Of a stretch of DNA of 64,000 bases, positions 58,094-64,000 are shown one piece after another (position 1 is the first letter of the stretch; every line of letters begins with the position of its first letter). This DNA is from Trichoplax sp. H2 (taxonomy: Eukaryota). The stretch is taken from contig NOWV01000016.1 in assembly GCA_003344405.1 (NCBI GenBank), positions 682,001 to 746,000 on the forward strand. Direction: 5' to 3'. Below the pieces are notes generated by a model. That model was not told where the DNA came from, searched no databases, and saw only the letters and a program-made list of their open reading frames with translations. The position numbers were made by a program, and so were the translations under genes.

Positions 58094-61000
58094 ATGGCGT
58101 CAACAGTACAAAATAATCGAGAGGAGTTACAAACAAGTAGGACACCAAGTCCTAAAGTAACCACATTACCTTATATCAATCCAGCCAATGAAAGTATTAT
58201 TACCCAAAGGAACGAAGATCATTCTGGCAGAATGAGTTCGTCAAATATTGCCAACGATCATATACCACAAGAAGTTTTAGCCAACTTAATTCGATTATCA
58301 ACACCACCACCTAATAAAGATCATGTTGGCATATCTGCAAAAAAGAAGTCCAAGAAGGTCAGAAAATTTTCGATGATACAATTTTACCTTAATATAATAT
58401 CATTACCAAGCTGGTTATTGTATTTTGCTTACTCTTGTGTAATATTGATAGGCTATCCAGTCAGTATTATAGCCCAAGCATAAGCAATATACTGATTCTT
58501 ACGTTTTCTTGTGTAATGTTGATAGACTATCGTGTTCATTCAATAGTATTGCAACCCAAGAATAAGCAGCGTAATCTACATATCGAAATAAATTAAATTC
58601 GAGTTTGAATAAAAATACATCAAGCATAATTATCTGTCAATCAAGTTAAACACTAGTCTAAAAATAATAATCTGAGCTACGACAATTAAGAACTACTGCT
58701 GTTAAATGTTGGATTTAAGCTGTTGACGGTGCAGAGCAGTAGTGTATCATAACAAGATAATTTATGTATCATTGATTATTTTGGTAAAGTACTTTATAGC
58801 TCAACCTTATTAATAGAGATAATCTAATATATTGCTTATAATTAAGGCAATATGTCGTCTGTATTTCTTGAGGTTCATGAAAGAATATCTTTCTATTAGA
58901 TATAGTATTGATCTACATAGAAAAAGGGCGATAATAGATAAAAATAGAAGGCGCAAGCAATTACTTGTAACTGCTTCCGTTACCACATTATAATAATTAT
59001 GCAATTAATCATAGCTACCATCGCCAAGAACACCATCCAATGCTTGGAATTTCGCATCGACAAGGGAAAAATTTAAACATTTGGCTGAAAAACCTACATG
59101 CACATGTGGAGCTGGAAGGTTTATATCATGTTTAAAGTTTTAAATTGTGCTAAACTAAGAATATTACTTTAAACAACAATCCCATAACTAACATCTTTTT
59201 TTGATTTCTAGTGGGCTGACTTTCTTGTATGATAAATCGAATAGTCCAGTAAAAGATACTGAAGTATCCATTGATGACAATGAAAGAGCTGAGAAAAGTC
59301 AAGAGTTAGCGCGAACAGTGTTAAAAAATCCTAACAATGAAACTAAATTAAGCGTATCGCGTGAAAAAATCATTACATCGTTAGCAGATACGGAAGCTAA
59401 AGACTCAAACGACGAAGAGAAAAATACAACGGTTGCAAAAACGGTATTAGATACAAATTTGATTCATGTTATCACTCACTACTCAAGTTAATGACACAAT
59501 AATTATAAATAACCTTTTCACCTGTTCGATATTTGTAGACGCATAAAATACCAGATACATTAATTCCACTCGAATATCATATCATCAAGGCACCCGCTGT
59601 TGCTGGACTAGAGTTCCAAGATGAGTAAGTTGATATTTCTTATGATACAAATAAAATTTTTTAATTTGAAGTAATTATTAATTAAATCCAGCTATGTAAC
59701 CCTGAAATATTGTTTTTCAGCAAATATACAACAAGAGTCCACGATCATGAACATCATGTAACCGTATTTCCATCACTGTAAGCTATCTAGTGATATTAAA
59801 AAAATCATTTTGAGAATCAGAATTTTTATTTACTTTTTATATCATTTTAAATAGCTTAGGCAGTCATAATTAGATTTAGATACCAAATGGTATTGTATTA
59901 TATTGTACTATAAAATTTAAATTAAAAAATAAAATTATACCGTTGTTGAATAATATACATATTAGGCGGCCAACTAGTAGACAAGAAGTTCTTCAGTTAA
60001 AGCATACAATGGAGTTAATGCTTAAAAAAGCTGGTATATCTGACCTTGATACTTCTAAATCCACGGGACCAACACAGGTAATACTGTTATGACTTTTGGC
60101 GTAACTTTGTACTTTACCAGAGGAATGATATTATCTTTATAAAACAGTAAACTAGATTATCACAAACTAGTGGTTTTACAACTGTTGAATAATTTTTTCT
60201 ATTTTATAAATCTAGATCCACAACTTATTAGATGTCATTGAAAAGGAACAAACGATTTATAACATTTGTTTTCATGAAGTTATTCGACAGGTACATTAAA
60301 TCTGCGCATTTTAATCTACATTTTCATATCAAGTTAATCCTTATAATTTTAAACAAAAACATTTAACATAAGATGACCCTTGCTGTATTTATTTATAAAA
60401 TTTGATTACTCAGGTAAGCGTTGAATGTGTAGAACGTGGAGAGCTACTGGCAGATATTCGTCAAAGATATTCGGGATTATTTAATCGTATTCCACGTCAA
60501 ATTATGAGGTAAGTATCATAAATAAGTATAGTACAAATTTAGTGCTGTCTATATGCACCACAAGTAACAGCATTTCGGGTGATAGATTTGTCCCAGTCTA
60601 ATACTACAATAAATTTTACCCAAGACTAATTCTGATTGAGTTTCTCATATTTTGTCCTATTAGCTTATACGAGGAAATATTAGCTCAGAGAGCCCTTGAT
60701 CGGTTTGTTAATTTATAAAAAGTAGAAAAAAATGATCATTATATCCAACGTCATTTGCTATAAATAAATAAATCTTAATTTTAGACGATTGATTGCTGAA
60801 CTATCGCGATTTAAAACTTCCATTGGTGATTTATCCAAGTAATTAATTATTGAATGAATTGAATGTCTTGTAGGTTATATTTGCCTTAATGTACATTAAA
60901 ATTTTAATATCCTACAGAGAGTTAGCTGAAGTTAGAAATCATGATTTTCGAATGAGTTCGGAAGCTAAACAAGCAAAAGCTAAGGTATAAGCAAAAAATT

Positions 61001-64000
61001 GTAGGATATTTTTAATGGTAATCTCGCAATTTTTAATTCTTTGACGTATTGAAAACATTTATATTGTAATACATATTTATTAGCTTGTATCAGCAATGGA
61101 AGAATCCGATAAAAACGTTAGGTAAGAATATAAGCTACATTAATCTGTATTTACAAACTACACATGTTGCTAGCTTGTATGCATGTTTTGGCTATCGCTA
61201 AGCGGTCATTAAGCTTTAATTAAATTTTTAATGTCAAATCTTATAATATTTCACAGTTTACTTACTGAATACCATCAGTTATACGAATTACAACGAAGGC
61301 GGTTAGAAGTTCAAGTTGGTGAGTAGAAATATCGCTTGTATAATGCAGCTATAAACAATGAAATTAGCTCATCTTTTATTTTAAATACTTCCTTGATGCC
61401 AATAGCTCAATTATCAGAGGAACGAGAGATCTGGAGCAATTGTGCATATAGTCTATCTTTGAAGGTAACAGAAAGCCATCAGCTCAATACAGCAAGAAGA
61501 TTACATCTAAGTGAAAAAGCGTGGGTGAAATTTGCTACTCATTTCACTGTTTTAACAAGTGATCGCGATTCAATTGAGGTTAGAGGATAGTAAAATAAAT
61601 TGTATGAAGTAATTAATAATCCCTATCTTTACTGCGAATACTTATAGTTTCGATATTATATATTATAGTTATCTCAACTACAACACAAAGCTCATATGTG
61701 GCAAGAAAAGATCGACCGATTTGTTCGTAGTGTAAATAAGAAAGAAAACAACTTGTGCGACCAATTAAATAAAACTAATAGTGGTATTCGAAGATGGTTA
61801 AAAGAATTTGATAAATGTCTATAGTAAGTTTATTAATTCTTCCCGATTGATTGATATTTTTAGCAATAGCATTTCCTGTAAAGAATTAATAAACATAATT
61901 TAAAATGTTAAAACTAGCCCTGAAGCTGGAGCACAAAATGCAACCCTGCCAAGTAACTCTTTCTTGCAAAAATTTCTTAATGATGTCAATTTATGGGAAG
62001 GAATTATTAATGCAGAAATTGAAAAATTCACTGGTGACAGTATTCTAACTGCGCAGGAAGAAATTAAACATGCTACTAAGCTGGTTAGTCAGCAGTTTCT
62101 GTCTATTATTTTCGTATAAGCGAAACTTCACCAAGCGCATCCATGGAAGCACCTTTGATCACCTGATTAAATCAATTTTTGCTTTTTCAAATTTTAGGTT
62201 GAGGCTTGGACAGATTTAACCATAAAACTATCTGGTCGCCATTCAACTTCCACCCAAAGTTGTATTATAGAAATGAAAAATATTAATCAAGTAAGAATTT
62301 GTTGATGCTGTTTCTTCTGCGGTATTGTTATGAAATGATCCGAAAACGAAATCTTTGCTAAGATATCGTTCATTACCATATGATTATTCTCATTCGATGC
62401 TGTTTGATATGGTAATTAATTGATATACGGTATAACTTTTAATTATCAATTTGGATTAATCGTTTTAGGAAATAGGAATATTTAATGCAAGATTCATAAT
62501 CAGAGTGGCCGGTGAAAATGGTAAAAAATGCACTACTTACACATATATATTTCATATTTTCATTACTATATCGAATCAGAACTAGATGAAATGGCTAGTT
62601 ATTTATCATATTAACTGGCTTCCCTTCTGATTGAAATACAGGTGTTGCTAAGGCCCTAATTGATATGGTTAATAACATGGAAACATGGGCAAATCGAATT
62701 TATGTTCATTTTAACACCGATCCATTAACAGAAACAGATTGGTTTAGGTATAAACTCTACTAACGTTATTGAAATTCTCTACGCTATACTTTTGATAAAT
62801 GAATATCCAGCTACTTTATCAACTTAAAATTATCTGGATATCTTCAGTTACTAAAGGCATCATTTTAATTGACCGTATTTGTACTATAATTCTACATCAT
62901 AATTGTGACTTAAGAAGCCTATTACTACTTTTCCAGGCTTTATAACTCCATCACTGATTGGGAGGATAAAATTAAGTATATTCACGAAATTATTGGAACT
63001 GTCAGAACTGAATTCGATAGTGAAGCAATGACACCAGAAAAGTAAGCTTTTACAGTCAAGACAGCATCTATCTATGAGTGATCAATACCAGTTTCAGAAC
63101 TGGATTCTTATACAGTATATAGAAGAGCCATATTTAAACTTTCGCAATATTAGAACAAATCATTTTACTCTATTTTTCTTATCTCCATGCCACTAAAATC
63201 TTTATTTCCATTCGCGACACCGTACATGCTCATATATCAATTTGCGATATCGACAGCGGAAATGAGAAAGGATTACTGATCAATTTTAAATTATGATAAA
63301 TACTTGCTCCTATTTAGATGCCAACAGGCAATACAAAATTTATTTTTAACCTTACAAAATTGGACAAACTCTATAACTCATGCCGTAGAAAATGATGATA
63401 CGAAAATTATTAATCAAGTAAGCGCTGTTATTGCACATAGTAGAATCGCTTTAATTTACATTTTTAGGGAGGATTATAGCAGTCTTTCCATATAGATTCT
63501 AATTACGAATGATTTGACTTGATACAGTATACTGTATAAAGAATTTCTTAACTTCTAAACTACATTCCTCAATTTCGTTAGGTAACATCAGTTCATATGG
63601 ATATGATTAGTTGGATGGTGCAGTTACTACTACAGGTAACACCAGATATGGACGATAGCCCTTATATGCAACATTTCCGTGAAAATGGCAAGAAATATAA
63701 GACTGCAGATGATGTTAAAGCAGCTGCAGTCAGTATTATCGAACGCTTGCGATCCTTCACTAAGGATATTATTAGGTAAATAGCTATAATAAGAACTAAT
63801 AGTAATGGATAACTTTAGACCATTGCACTTATTTTTAGTCATTTATTAACATTATAATATATTAATTTTATTATTTAATATTAGTTAAGTGTTTTAATAC
63901 TGTGTTTATCTTGTCTTTACTCTAGTAATTCCAATGATATTGTTATGGAAACACGACAAGCAAAATTAGATTTACATGATGAAACAGCAGATGATGATTA
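58094..64000 (+). CDS. AXDND1: Axonemal dynein light chain domain-containing protein 1, multi-exon, runs off the window end; first exon 58094-58357
   Basis: Segments NDHIPQEVL, REKFKHLAEKPTCTCGAGSGLTFLYD, DTLIPLEYHII, DDKYTT...[50 protein letters not shown] and LYELQRRRLE match recalled AXDND1. More than 20 short GT-AG introns are present. Confidence 0.88.

Overview
This is AT-rich eukaryotic nuclear DNA with many short spliceosomal introns. Its composition, intron size and gene content suggest an early-branching animal such as a placozoan (inference only). Nine protein-coding genes were reconstructed by hand: pappalysin (PAPPA-like, 5'-truncated, +), EVI5-like Rab-GAP (+), endophilin B/SH3GLB (+), ODF2/cenexin (-), intronless DCLRE1B/Apollo (-), CMTR2 (+), a spliced orphan gene (-), SURF4 (-) and AXDND1 (+, 3'-truncated). 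The main observations are: (1) a six-unit ~216-bp tandem array in SURF4 intron 2 that copies the branch point and 3' splice site, creating five decoy acceptors that each lead to an early stop; (2) RFX X-box motifs upstream of ODF2, AXDND1 and the orphan gene, pointing to the orphan as a candidate ciliary gene; (3) a 164-bp element with inverted Helitron-like hairpin+CTAG ends; (4) a GC-rich, palindrome-rich 201-bp tandem duplication inside a possible decayed LTR retroelement; (5) a gene set whose human homologues mostly lie on the chr1/9/19 MHC-paralogon segments; and (6) a GC-AG intron in ODF2. Homology calls come from recalled family motifs, not database searches. No CRISPR array, rRNA or tRNA was recognised.
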